Origin: Deltaproteobacteria bacterium | Lineage (GTDB): Bacteria > Myxococcota_A > UBA796 > UBA2385 | Direction: 5' to 3' | Assembly: GCA_016792625.1 (NCBI GenBank) | Contig: JAEUKK010000159.1 | Location: forward strand, 12,875 to 76,874 | DNA: 64,000 nt | Shown here: in pieces, positions 26,964 to 35,848 of the stretch | Layout of the letters: every line of letters starts with the position of its first letter | Position numbering within the stretch: the first letter of the stretch is position 1 | Program-made: the position numbers and the translations under genes | Notes under the pieces: model-generated | What the model saw: the letters and a program-made list of their open reading frames with translations, nothing else | What the model was told of the DNA's origin: nothing | Database searches by the model: none

Positions 26964-28988
26964 GTGCGCCGCGCCGCCGCGCTCTGCGTGGGCCTGCTCG
27001 GGGCCGCGCGCCCCGCCCAGGCCGACCCGAGCGGGGCGACGGCCCCCGAGGCCACCCCTGATGGCTCTGAGCCTGGCGAGACCATCGTCGTGACCGGGTC
27101 GCGCGCCCCCGAGACCCGCCGCGGGGCGGTGGTGCGCACCACGGTCATCACCCGCGACGAGATCACGCGCTCGGGCGCGGGCAACCTCGCCGACCTGCTC
27201 GAGCAGCAGGCGGGGCTGCAGCTCGTGCGCGGCCTGCGCGGCGCGAACCTGAGCCTGCAGGGCATGTCTCCCGACCATGTGCTCGTGCTCATCGACGGCC
27301 AGCGGGTGGCCGGGCGCGTGGATGGCGCGATCGACCTCAGCCGCATCCCCACCGGGGGCGTCGAGCAGGTCGAGATCGTGCGCGGCCCGGCCTCCACCCT
27401 CTACGGCGCCGACGCGATGGGCGGCGTGATCAACATCATCACCGCGCAGCCGCCCCGCGGCCCCGCGCTCTCCTCCTCCGCCGAGCTGGGGGCGCCGCTG
27501 ACCGCGGCCGCCACCTCCTCTGCGGGTCTGCCTCTGCCGCTCGGTCCCACCGGCGGCCACGCCCACGCCTCGGTCGGGCGCGGCGCCAGCCGGTGGGGTC
27601 AGCGGTTCGGGGCCTCGGCCCAGCAGCTCCCGGCCTTCGACCTCGATCCGGGCGATGTGGCCACCAGCGCCGACGCCCAGGCCCAGCTCGAGCTGACCGG
27701 CCAGGTCTGGCACCGGCCCAACGAGGCCCAGCGGTGGACGCTGCGGGGCAGCGCGCTGCGCCGGCGGGCCCAGGGCGTCGACAGCGCCGAGACCGGCGCC
27801 GTCTACGACCGCCGCCACCTCACCGAGACCGTGGGCCTGAGCCTCGGCCCGACCCTGCGCCTCGGGGCCGACACCCAGCTGCAAATCACGAGCTGGACGA
27901 GCTTCTTCCGCGATCAATACCTGCTCGACCAGCGGGGCGCGACCGCCGAAGACGCCTACCAAGACACCCGCGACCTGTGGACCGAGCTCGACCTGCAGCT
28001 CGACCACGCCGCGGGCCCGAGCCACCTGCTCACCGCCGGCCTCGAGGGCGCCCGCGAGGCCCTGTGGACCGACCGCCTCGCCGGCGGGCAGGCCGACCGC
28101 CTGCGCGGGGCCGCCTTCGCCCAGCACACCTTCCGCCCGGCCGCCGCCCCCCGCCTGTCGACCGCGGCGGGCCTGCGCCTCGACCACGACACCCAGTTCG
28201 GCCAGGCCCTCTCACCAAAGGTAGCGATCAAGCTCGACGCCACCTCGGCGCTGGCCCTGCGCCTCTCGGGCGGCTGGGGCTACAAGGCGCCCGACTTCAA
28301 AGACCTCTACATCCGCTTCGCCAACCCCACCGCCAATTACGCGGTGGAGGGCAACCCCGCGCTGCGCCCCGAGCGCGCGCTCGGCGCCAACCTCGCCGCC
28401 GACTGGTTCGGCCCCCGCGGGCTCGCGCTGGGCCTCGAGGGCTACGGCCAGCGGGTCACCGGGCTCATCCAGCCGGCGCTGACCAGCGCGGCCAGCGCCG
28501 GGCAGGCGGCCCGCTACTCCTACGTCAACGTCGCCGAGGCGATCACCGCCGGGGCGCAGGCCGACGCCCGGGCCCGGCCGGCGCCCTGGGCCTGGGGGCA
28601 GGCGGGTCTCAGCTACGGGTGGACCGTGGACCGCGCCGAGGGCCGCCCCCTCGCCAACCGCCCCACCTGGATGGCCACCGCGAGCGCCGGGCTCGAGCGC
28701 CCCGCGGCGGGCCCCGCGCTGGACGCCCGCCTGGGTTTTGTCGGCGCGCGCCCGCTCTATGAAGATGACGACGGCGACGGTGTGGAAGACACGGTGATCG
28801 CCCCGTCGACCCTCAACCTCGACGCGCGGCTGCGCTGGCGCTGGCCGGGCGGCGGCGCGGTCTGGCTCGGCGCCGAGAACCTGCTCAACGCCGGTGATGC
28901 GGTCGCCTCACCGCTGCGGCCCCGCCAGCTGGTTGTCGGCGCCTCGGGCGGCCTGCCGCGCCTGCAGCGCACGCAACCCTCCCCCTGA
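26964..28988 (+). CDS. TonB-dependent outer-membrane (heme) receptor
   Basis: TonB box ETIVVTGSR; plug VLIDG, VEIVRGPASTLYGADAMGGVINIIT; YKAPDF..LY, GNPALRPE, GAENLLN. Confidence 0.93.
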   Translation: MRRAAALCVGLLGAARPAQADPSGATAPEATPDGSEPGETIVVTGSRAPETRRGAVVRTTVITRDEITRSGAGNLADLLEQQAGLQLVRGLRGANLSLQGMSPDHVLVLIDGQRVAGRVDGAIDLSRIPTGGVEQVEIVRGPASTLYGADAMGGVINIITAQPPRGPALSSSAELGAPLTAAATSSAGLPLPLGPTGGHAHASVGRGASRWGQRFGASAQQLPAFDLDPGDVATSADAQAQLELTGQVWHRPNEAQRWTLRGSALRRRAQGVDSAETGAVYDRRHLTETVGLSLGPTLRLGADTQLQITSWTSFFRDQYLLDQRGATAEDAYQDTRDLWTELDLQLDHAAGPSHLLTAGLEGAREALWTDRLAGGQADRLRGAAFAQHTFRPAAAPRLSTAAGLRLDHDTQFGQALSPKVAIKLDATSALALRLSGGWGYKAPDFKDLYIRFANPTANYAVEGNPALRPERALGANLAADWFGPRGLALGLEGYGQRVTGLIQPALTSAASAGQAARYSYVNVAEAITAGAQADARARPAPWAWGQAGLSYGWTVDRAEGRPLANRPTWMATASAGLERPAAGPALDARLGFVGARPLYEDDDGDGVEDTVIAPSTLNLDARLRWRWPGGGAVWLGAENLLNAGDAVASPLRPRQLVVGASGGLPRLQRTQPSP

Positions 28989-29004
28989 CCTCGCCGAGGC
29001 GCCC

Positions 29005-29649
29005 ATGATATCCCCCGCTCCTCTATCCGTCGACGCGACCCCTCTCCGCCTGGGCCTCTTGGCCCTGATCCTCATCTCTGGGGGCTGCGCGGCCGACCTG
29101 CGCGCGACCACCCAGACCGATGACGGGATCGCCGACACCGGCGGCCCCACCGACACCGAGGCGGTCGGCGGCGGCGACACCGGCGCGCCGCAGGTCTTTC
29201 GCACGGTGATCGACGCCAGCTCGGAAGAGGCCTGGGCGCCGCTCGACCTCGACGCCGCACACACGGGCGCCGAGCCCGAAGACGGCGGCTGGGACCTGCA
29301 GGCCCGCCGCTACCTCATCGCGCTCAACGGCGGGGTCAGCGGCGAAGGTGGCGTGCAGGTCGCCATCCTCGACGGCGTGACCCTGGATGGGGTCGACGCC
29401 GCGGCCCTCGACGCCCTGCCCGCCGCGGCCTGGGTCAGCGACCAAGAGGACGACGACGGCGACGGCATCCCCGCTTACGCCTTGAACGAGTGGTATGACT
29501 ACGACAGCGCCGCCCACACGTTGAGCCCCAAGGCGCGGGTCTACGCCCTGCGCAGCACCGAGGGCGCCCGCTTCGCCCTGCAAATAGAGGACTACTACGA
29601 CGAGGCCGGAACCTCGGGGCACCTGAGCCTGCTGTGGGGTGCGCGGTGA
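29005..29649 (+). CDS. hmuY: Second HmuY-family lipoprotein
   Basis: Lipobox LISGGC; WDLQARR..IALNGGVSG; EWYDYDSAAHTLSP..VYALR..FALQIEDYYD. Confidence 0.82.
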   Translation: MISPAPLSVDATPLRLGLLALILISGGCAADLRATTQTDDGIADTGGPTDTEAVGGGDTGAPQVFRTVIDASSEEAWAPLDLDAAHTGAEPEDGGWDLQARRYLIALNGGVSGEGGVQVAILDGVTLDGVDAAALDALPAAAWVSDQEDDDGDGIPAYALNEWYDYDSAAHTLSPKARVYALRSTEGARFALQIEDYYDEAGTSGHLSLLWGAR

Positions 29650-30554
29650 GCCGCGCCCTTCGCCTGCTGTGGGACACCATCCCCGCGGTGCTGCTCGCGG
29701 CTGCTCTGCTGATCGGGCAGGCGCAGGCGGGCACGGGCACCGGCGTGGACGGCGTCCAGGTCAATGTTCCCGCGCCACAGCGGGTGGTCGTGCTGGGCGG
29801 CGGGCTCACCGAGCTGGCCTTCGCGCTCGGCGCGGGACCGTTGGTGATCGGCACCGACGCGAGCAGCACCGCCCCCGAGGCCGCGGCCGCATTGCCCAAG
29901 GTGGGGTATTATCGGCAAGCGTCCGCCGAGGGCATCCTCAGCCTGCGGCCCGATCTGGTGATCGCCCACGCCGACACGGGCCCGCCGGCGGTGCTGGGCC
30001 AGCTGCGCGCGGCGGGCTTGCCCGTGCTGGTGGTCGACGGCACGGCCTCTGCCCCAGCGCTGCTCGCCCGGGTTGACCTGCTGGGCGCGATCCTCAACCA
30101 AGGTGAGGCCGCGGCGAAGCTGCGCGCGGCCCTGCAGCGGCAGCTCGACGCCCTGCCCGCGCCGACCGGGGCCCGCCCGCGGGTGCTGTTCATCTACGCG
30201 CGCGGCGGCGGCACGCTGAACGTGGCGGGGGCGGGCACCGCCGCCCACGCGATGATCGAGCTGGCCGGCGGCGAGAACGTGCTCGCCGCCCAGCAGGGCT
30301 ACCTGCCGCTGACCGCCGAGGCGGTGGTGGCGGCCCGGCCCGACGTGGTCTTGTTGACCGCGGGCGGCTTGCAGAGCCTCGGCGGGATGGACGCGCTGCG
30401 CGCTGTCCCCGGCGTGGCCCAGACGCCGGCGGGCAAGGCAGGCCGGGTGCTGACCGTCGATGACCTGACCCTGCTCGGCTTCGGCCCCCGCGCGCCCTCG
30501 GCGGCGGCGGCCCTGCGCGCCGAGCTGTCCCAGGCGACCCGAGGCGCGCCGTGA
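29646..30554 (+). CDS. hmuT: Heme ABC transporter periplasmic binding protein
   Basis: RVVVLGGGLTE..FALG; LPKVGYYRQASAEGILSLRPDL (Tyr ligand); LLGFGPR; GTGA overlap. Confidence 0.9.
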   Translation: MSRALRLLWDTIPAVLLAAALLIGQAQAGTGTGVDGVQVNVPAPQRVVVLGGGLTELAFALGAGPLVIGTDASSTAPEAAAALPKVGYYRQASAEGILSLRPDLVIAHADTGPPAVLGQLRAAGLPVLVVDGTASAPALLARVDLLGAILNQGEAAAKLRAALQRQLDALPAPTGARPRVLFIYARGGGTLNVAGAGTAAHAMIELAGGENVLAAQQGYLPLTAEAVVAARPDVVLLTAGGLQSLGGMDALRAVPGVAQTPAGKAGRVLTVDDLTLLGFGPRAPSAAAALRAELSQATRGAP

Positions 30555-31651
30555 GCGGCCTCGCCGTCGGCGAAGGGGCCCGCGCCCTGCCCACCACCGG
30601 GCCCGGGCGGGGCGCGGTGGGCCTCGGCCTGCTCGGGGCGGGCGCCGCGCTCGCCGCCGGCGCGGGGCTCTGCTTCGGCGCCCTGCCCATCACGGCGGGG
30701 GAGCTCTGGCAGATCGCCGCCGCTGGGCCCACCACGGCGCCGGTCGGCCTCGAGACCGCCGCCACCGTGGTGTGGAGCCTGCGCCTGCCCCGCGTGCTGC
30801 TCGGGCTCGCGGTCGGCGCGGCGCTCGCCGGCGCAGGCGCGACCTTGCAGGGGGTCTTTCGCAACCCGCTCGCCGACCCCGGCGTGGTCGGGGCCTCGGC
30901 GGGGGCGGCGCTCGGCGCGGCGCTGGTCATCGTGCTGCCCCGGGCGCCCGTGGCTTTGGCCCCAGCCGCCGCGGTGCTGCTCGACCTGATTGGCGTGCCT
31001 GGCGCTGCCTTCGCCGGTGCGGCGGCGGCTGGCCTGCTCGCCCTGCGCCTGGGCCGGCGGGGCGGCCAGACCCGGGTCAGCGAGCTGCTGCTGGTGGGGG
31101 TCGCCCTCAACGCGCTGTGCGGCGCCGGCTTGGGGCTGCTGATGGCCATCTCCGACGAGGTGGCCCTGCGCGACCTGAGCTTCTGGATGCTCGGGGCCTT
31201 GGGCGGGGCGACCTGGCCCGTGGTCGGGCTGACCCTACCCGTCGTGACAATCGGTCTGGCGCTCACGCTGCCGCTCGCTCCTTCGTTAGACGCGCTGGCC
31301 CTCGGCGAGGGGCCCGCCGCCCACCTCGGCGTGCGGGTCGAGCGGGTCAAGGCCGTGGGCCTGAGCCTGTCGGCGGCCCTGGTCGGGGTCGCCGTGGCGG
31401 CGGCGGGCATGATCGGCTTTGTCGGCCTCGCCGCGCCGCACCTCGTGCGCCTGCTGCTCGGCCCCAGCCACCGCCTCGGCCTGCCGGGCAGCGCGCTGCT
31501 CGGCGCCGGGCTGCTCGTGGCCGCTGACACCCTGGCCCGCCTCGCCCTGGCCCCGGTCGAGCTGCCGGTCGGCGTGCTGACCACGCTGCTCGGCGCGCCC
31601 CTGTTCTTTGGCCTGCTGCTGCGCGACCGCCGGGCGGGAGGGGCGACATGA
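30551..31651 (+). CDS. hmuU: Heme ABC transporter permease (FecCD family)
   Basis: LRLPRVLLG, QGVFRNPLADP, FWMLG, IGFVGL.APH, ELPVGVLT. Confidence 0.93.
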   Translation: MSGLAVGEGARALPTTGPGRGAVGLGLLGAGAALAAGAGLCFGALPITAGELWQIAAAGPTTAPVGLETAATVVWSLRLPRVLLGLAVGAALAGAGATLQGVFRNPLADPGVVGASAGAALGAALVIVLPRAPVALAPAAAVLLDLIGVPGAAFAGAAAAGLLALRLGRRGGQTRVSELLLVGVALNALCGAGLGLLMAISDEVALRDLSFWMLGALGGATWPVVGLTLPVVTIGLALTLPLAPSLDALALGEGPAAHLGVRVERVKAVGLSLSAALVGVAVAAAGMIGFVGLAAPHLVRLLLGPSHRLGLPGSALLGAGLLVAADTLARLALAPVELPVGVLTTLLGAPLFFGLLLRDRRAGGAT

Positions 31652-32475
31652 CCACCCCCGAACCGCAGGAGCGCGGCCTCGCCGCCGCGGGCCTCAGCCT
31701 GCGCCGGGGCGCCCGGATGGTACTGGAGGACGTCGATCTGCGCCTGTTGCCCGGCGAGCGCCTCGCCGTGGTCGGGCCCAACGGGGCCGGCAAGTCGAGC
31801 CTGCTGCGCACGCTCTCGGGTGAGCTGCGGCCGACCGCGGGCGCGGTCAGCCTCGATGGGCGGCCGCTGGGCGCGCTCGACCCGCGGGAGCTCGCCCGCC
31901 GCCGCGCGGTGCTGCCCCAAGACCTCGAGCTGAGCCTGCCCCTGCGCGTCGACGCGGTGGTCGCGCTCGGCCTGCTGCCCCACGCCGGGCGGCTGTCGGC
32001 GGCCGCCGAGCGGGCGGCGGTGGGGGCGGCGCTGCGCGCGGTCGGGGCCGAAGCCCTGGCCGGCCGGGACGCCACCACCCTCTCGGGCGGCGAGCGCCAG
32101 CGGGTGCACCTCGCCCGCTGCCTCGCCCAGCTCAGCCCGGGGCCCGAGGCGGGGGCGCGCTACCTGCTGCTCGACGAGCCGACCAGCGCGCTCGACCTGC
32201 GCCACCAAGCCGAGGTGCTGGCCCAGGCCCGCGCGCTCTCCCGCGCGGGGACCGGCGTGCTCGCCGTGCTGCACGACCTGAACATGGCGGCCGCCTGGGC
32301 AGATCGAGTGGCCGTGCTCGACGGCGGCCGGCTGCGGGCGTTGGGGGCCCCGGCCGCGGTGCTCTGCCCCTCGCTGCTCTCCTGCGTCTGGGGCTGCGCC
32401 ATCGAGTCCCTGCCCCGGGCCGATGGCGGGCCGCCGCTGTTGATCTCCCCTGTGCTGCGGGCCCCCGCGGCCTGA
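31648..32475 (+). CDS. hmuV: Heme ABC transporter ATP-binding protein
   Basis: GPNGAGKSS, LSGGERQRVHLARCLAQL, LLLDEPTSALD, VLHDLN. Confidence 0.93.
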   Translation: MTTPEPQERGLAAAGLSLRRGARMVLEDVDLRLLPGERLAVVGPNGAGKSSLLRTLSGELRPTAGAVSLDGRPLGALDPRELARRRAVLPQDLELSLPLRVDAVVALGLLPHAGRLSAAAERAAVGAALRAVGAEALAGRDATTLSGGERQRVHLARCLAQLSPGPEAGARYLLLDEPTSALDLRHQAEVLAQARALSRAGTGVLAVLHDLNMAAAWADRVAVLDGGRLRALGAPAAVLCPSLLSCVWGCAIESLPRADGGPPLLISPVLRAPAA

Positions 32476-32559
32476 GCGCCTCCGTCTCCCTCTCCTCCCC
32501 CTCCCTCTTCTCGCCCCTCTCGCCACGCTAATCCACCCGACCCAACCGGAGCGCACCAC

Positions 32560-33669
32560 ATGGATCCCACCGCCGCCCAACCCTCCACCCTCCCTGTCGA
32601 TGGCAGCACCCCCGCGCGCCCCACCCGCCTGCGGGCCCGCGAGCGCGCGGCCGCCCTGGGGATCAGCGAAGCGGAGCTGGTCGCGCTCGAGGATGTGCCC
32701 GGCACCCGCCGCCTGCGCGCCGACAAGAACAGCGTCGGTGAGCTGATCGTAGCGCTGCCCAGCCTCGGCGAGGTGATGGCGCTCACCCGCAACCACGCCG
32801 CGGTGGCCGAGCGGGTGGGGGTCTATGCCGGGGTCGAGATCGGCCCCCACGCCAGCCTCGTGATCGGCGAGACCATCGACCTGCGGCTGTTCTTGGGCCA
32901 GTGGAAGACCCTCTTCGCCGCGCCTGTCGAGACGCCCAAGGGCCCACGGTGGAGCCTGCAGGCCTTCGACGCCGCCGGAGAGGCCGTGCACAAGGTCTAC
33001 CTGCCCGTGCAGCCGACGCCGGCGGCCCAGGCCGCCTGGAATGACCTGATCGAGCGCTTCGCCGACCCCGATCCCGCGCCGGTCCAGGCCCAGCCCCGGG
33101 CCGCGCAGCGCGAGCGGTCGGTCGACGCAGCGGCGCTCCTCAGCGGCTGGGCGGCGCTGACCGACACCCACCAGTTCTTCGGCCTGCTGCGGCAGCTCGG
33201 GGCAGGTCATGGCCAAGCGCTGGCCCTGGCCGCCGGCCGCTTCACCCGGCGGGTCAGCGCAGAGGCCGCCGCGCCCCTGCTGCGCGCCGCCGCCGAGACC
33301 GAGACGCCGATCATGGTCTTCGTGGGGAACCCGGGCTGCATCCAGATCCACACCGGGCCGGTGCGCAAGATCGCGCCGATGGGCGCCTGGATCAACGTGC
33401 TGGACGCCGACTTCAACCTGCACCTCGACCAGTCTCGGGTCGAGGCGGCCTGGGTGGTGCAGAAGCCGACCGCCGATGGGGTCGTGAGCTCGCTCGAGCT
33501 CATCGACGCTGCGGGTGAGCCCGTGGTGCGCTTCTTCGGCAAACGGAAGCCCGGCCAAGCCGAGGACCCTGCCTGGCGCACGCTGCTCGCCGGCCTGCCC
33601 GATGCCCCGGCGCCGGCTCTGTCTGCCCCCCTCTCTCCTGCTGCGGGGGCCCCCGATGCCGCGCTGTGA
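32560..33669 (+). CDS. hmuS: Hemin-degrading/trafficking factor (HemS/ChuS family)
   Basis: RARERAAALGISEAELV, VMALTRN, IDLRLF, AVHKVY, TDTHQFF, MVFVGNPGCIQIHTG, FFGKRKPG. Confidence 0.92.
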   Translation: MDPTAAQPSTLPVDGSTPARPTRLRARERAAALGISEAELVALEDVPGTRRLRADKNSVGELIVALPSLGEVMALTRNHAAVAERVGVYAGVEIGPHASLVIGETIDLRLFLGQWKTLFAAPVETPKGPRWSLQAFDAAGEAVHKVYLPVQPTPAAQAAWNDLIERFADPDPAPVQAQPRAAQRERSVDAAALLSGWAALTDTHQFFGLLRQLGAGHGQALALAAGRFTRRVSAEAAAPLLRAAAETETPIMVFVGNPGCIQIHTGPVRKIAPMGAWINVLDADFNLHLDQSRVEAAWVVQKPTADGVVSSLELIDAAGEPVVRFFGKRKPGQAEDPAWRTLLAGLPDAPAPALSAPLSPAAGAPDAAL

Positions 33670-33877
33670 CGAAGAGACGCTGGCCCGGCGCGGCGCCCTG
33701 TCGATCAGCCGCTGTGCCCACTGTGACACCATCTCGCTGCACGTCGGCGGCGTGAGCCTGCGCCTCGAGCCCGAGGTGCTGCACCACCTCTGGGAGCTGA
33801 TCGGCGTGGCGCTCAGCGCCCCGAGCGTGCGGCGTGCCGCGCTGTCCTTCGACCGACCGCGGGCAGAGGCGAGCTGA
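33656..33877 (+). CDS. Small Cys/His-containing hypothetical protein (73 aa)
   Basis: ATG overlaps the hmuS end by 14 bp; host-like codons; SRCAHCDTISLHVGGVSLRL. Confidence 0.6.
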   Translation: MPRCDEETLARRGALSISRCAHCDTISLHVGGVSLRLEPEVLHHLWELIGVALSAPSVRRAALSFDRPRAEAS

Positions 33878-33960
33878 ACCCGGCGGAGGCCGACACCCCC
33901 CACGCCTGGCGATGTGTGGGGCCACGGCGCATTGCCCACAGCCGAGGCCCGCCGCGCCGC

Positions 33961-35214
33961 TCAGGCCCAGTCGGCGAGGCCCGGCTCCATCAAGGCGAGG
34001 TCGACCCGGGTGTTGAGCGCGCCAAAGACCAGGAAGGCGGCGAGGCAGTCTTGCTCCCGCACCCAGCGCGGCGCCACCGCCGGCGGGTCGATCCAGCCGG
34101 CGGCAAACAGCGGGTCGAGGGCCACGGTGTCGCCCGGGGTCAGGCGGCCCGAGAACAGGCGCAGGGGCAGCTCTTTGCGCCCCTCGTTGGCCGCGGCGAG
34201 CATGAAGCCGTGCACCTGCCAAAGCCCGCGCACATAGGCGAGGTCTTTGGCGAAGATACCGCAGCAGACGCCATTGTGGCGCGCACCATCCCCGCCGCGC
34301 AGCACCCGCTGGGCGCTGGCGAAGCTCTCCTGCGGGGGCTGGCCGCCCGCGCGGAAGACCTCGTAGACCTCCATGAAGTCGGCGCCGTCGAGGGCCGCCT
34401 GGACGGCGACCACCCGCAGGGCGATGCGGCGCAGGCGGCTGAGGTCCATGGTGTCGGTGATCAGCTCGGCGAGGGTGGCCAGGCCCTCTTGGATGGCCGC
34501 GGTCCGCGGCGTCGCGAGGCCCAAGCTGCGCAGCACCGGCTGGCCGGCGCCGTTGCGGCGGGTGGCTGCGTGCACCAGCGCCTCGTGGTGCAGCAGCTGG
34601 CGCAGCTGCAGCTCAGAGAAGCGCGCGTCGGCCCGCAGCCGCACCCGCTTGCTGCCCGCGCTGGCGATGCTGGTCAGCTCGGGGTCGAGCTCGACGCTGA
34701 GCGGTGGGTCGGCGAACCAGGGGTCGAGCCAGGCCTGCAGGCGCTCGCGGGCGGCCTCGGCGTCGAGGGTGGCCTCGGGCGGGCTCGAGCGCAGGCGTGA
34801 GGTGGCCGAGATGACGTGCTGGGCGGCCTCAAGGATGGTCGGCGCGCCCGTGTGCAGCGGATCGCTGGGCCGACCATAGAGGTCGAGGGAACGATCCACG
34901 AACTCGGGGCTGCCCAGGCTGTCGAGCAGGTCGACCGCGTCGCGCAAGCTCTGGGCGGTGCGCTGCAAAAAGGCCTCGCCCGGGTCATCGGGGTCGAGGC
35001 CCGCGGCGGCGCCGTCGATGCGCGCCCGGTCGTCGGCCACGTCGGGGCGGGGCACCTGGTGGCCCGGCGCGGCGGGGGCGGCGAGGAAGTCGCGCTCGAT
35101 CTGGGCCGGCCAGTCGAGCTCGCCGAGCACCAGCACACCCTTGCCCGCCGCGCAGACCGCCCGGTCGGCCGCGATCAGCCGCTCGCGCCCGGCCGCGCTG
35201 GGCGCCCAGCTCAC
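33961..35214 (-). CDS. DUF1704 / QEGLA-motif Tyr/Phe carboxypeptidase-like metallopeptidase
   Basis: HHEALVH (HExxxH), IQEGLA, RVLRGG, FAKDLAY. Confidence 0.88.
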   Translation of the reverse strand: MSWAPSAAGRERLIAADRAVCAAGKGVLVLGELDWPAQIERDFLAAPAAPGHQVPRPDVADDRARIDGAAAGLDPDDPGEAFLQRTAQSLRDAVDLLDSLGSPEFVDRSLDLYGRPSDPLHTGAPTILEAAQHVISATSRLRSSPPEATLDAEAARERLQAWLDPWFADPPLSVELDPELTSIASAGSKRVRLRADARFSELQLRQLLHHEALVHAATRRNGAGQPVLRSLGLATPRTAAIQEGLATLAELITDTMDLSRLRRIALRVVAVQAALDGADFMEVYEVFRAGGQPPQESFASAQRVLRGGDGARHNGVCCGIFAKDLAYVRGLWQVHGFMLAAANEGRKELPLRLFSGRLTPGDTVALDPLFAAGWIDPPAVAPRWVREQDCLAAFLVFGALNTRVDLALMEPGLADWA

Positions 35215-35750
35215 GGGGCCACCAGGTCCCAGGTCACGAGGCAGGTCGGCTGCCGGTTCTCCTCGGCGTAGGACCAGCGCACGAAGATCTTGGCGCCCCG
35301 CCAGCGGTAGGCGGCGCCCTCGGGGTCGGCCGCGCCGTAGAGCGCGACCACCGCCTCGCGCACCTCATCACACGCGGCGGCGCTGAGCGTGCGGCTGCGG
35401 GCCTCGACGCGCCGCAGGGCCTCTTGGCGGTCAAAACCGAGGGCGACCGCCAGCTTGTGCGTCCCGAGCGTCAAGGGGGCCCGCGGCTTGGTGTACATCT
35501 GCAGCCGCCCGCCCCCCTCGAGGTACAGCACGGTGGGCGTGTCGAGCAGGCCAAACTTGCTGAGCGGGGCGCCCAAGGGGACCCCCGGCGCGCCGCCCGC
35601 GGCGTCGACCGAGGCCATCACCGCCTCAAGCTCGGCCTGGGGCGGCGGGGGCGGCCCCTCGGCCTCACCCTCTGCGCCACCGCAGCCCAAAACGAGCCCC
35701 AGCGCGCCAATGACGGCCGTCCGAGGGGCGTGGGCGAAGCGGCGGGGCAT
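35211..35750 (-). CDS. Hypothetical lipoprotein
   Basis: GGAGG RBS; lipobox LGLVLGC; stop overlaps the next start. Confidence 0.7.
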   Translation of the reverse strand: MPRRFAHAPRTAVIGALGLVLGCGGAEGEAEGPPPPPQAELEAVMASVDAAGGAPGVPLGAPLSKFGLLDTPTVLYLEGGGRLQMYTKPRAPLTLGTHKLAVALGFDRQEALRRVEARSRTLSAAACDEVREAVVALYGAADPEGAAYRWRGAKIFVRWSYAEENRQPTCLVTWDLVAP

Positions 35751-35848
35751 GGGCGTCCTCCGGTGGCGCGCACGGGCCGGCCACGCGGCCCCGCTGCGGG
35801 CCGGCGGCCTATCCCCTTGAGGCCCGTGCTTCATGGGAGGGCTGCCCC

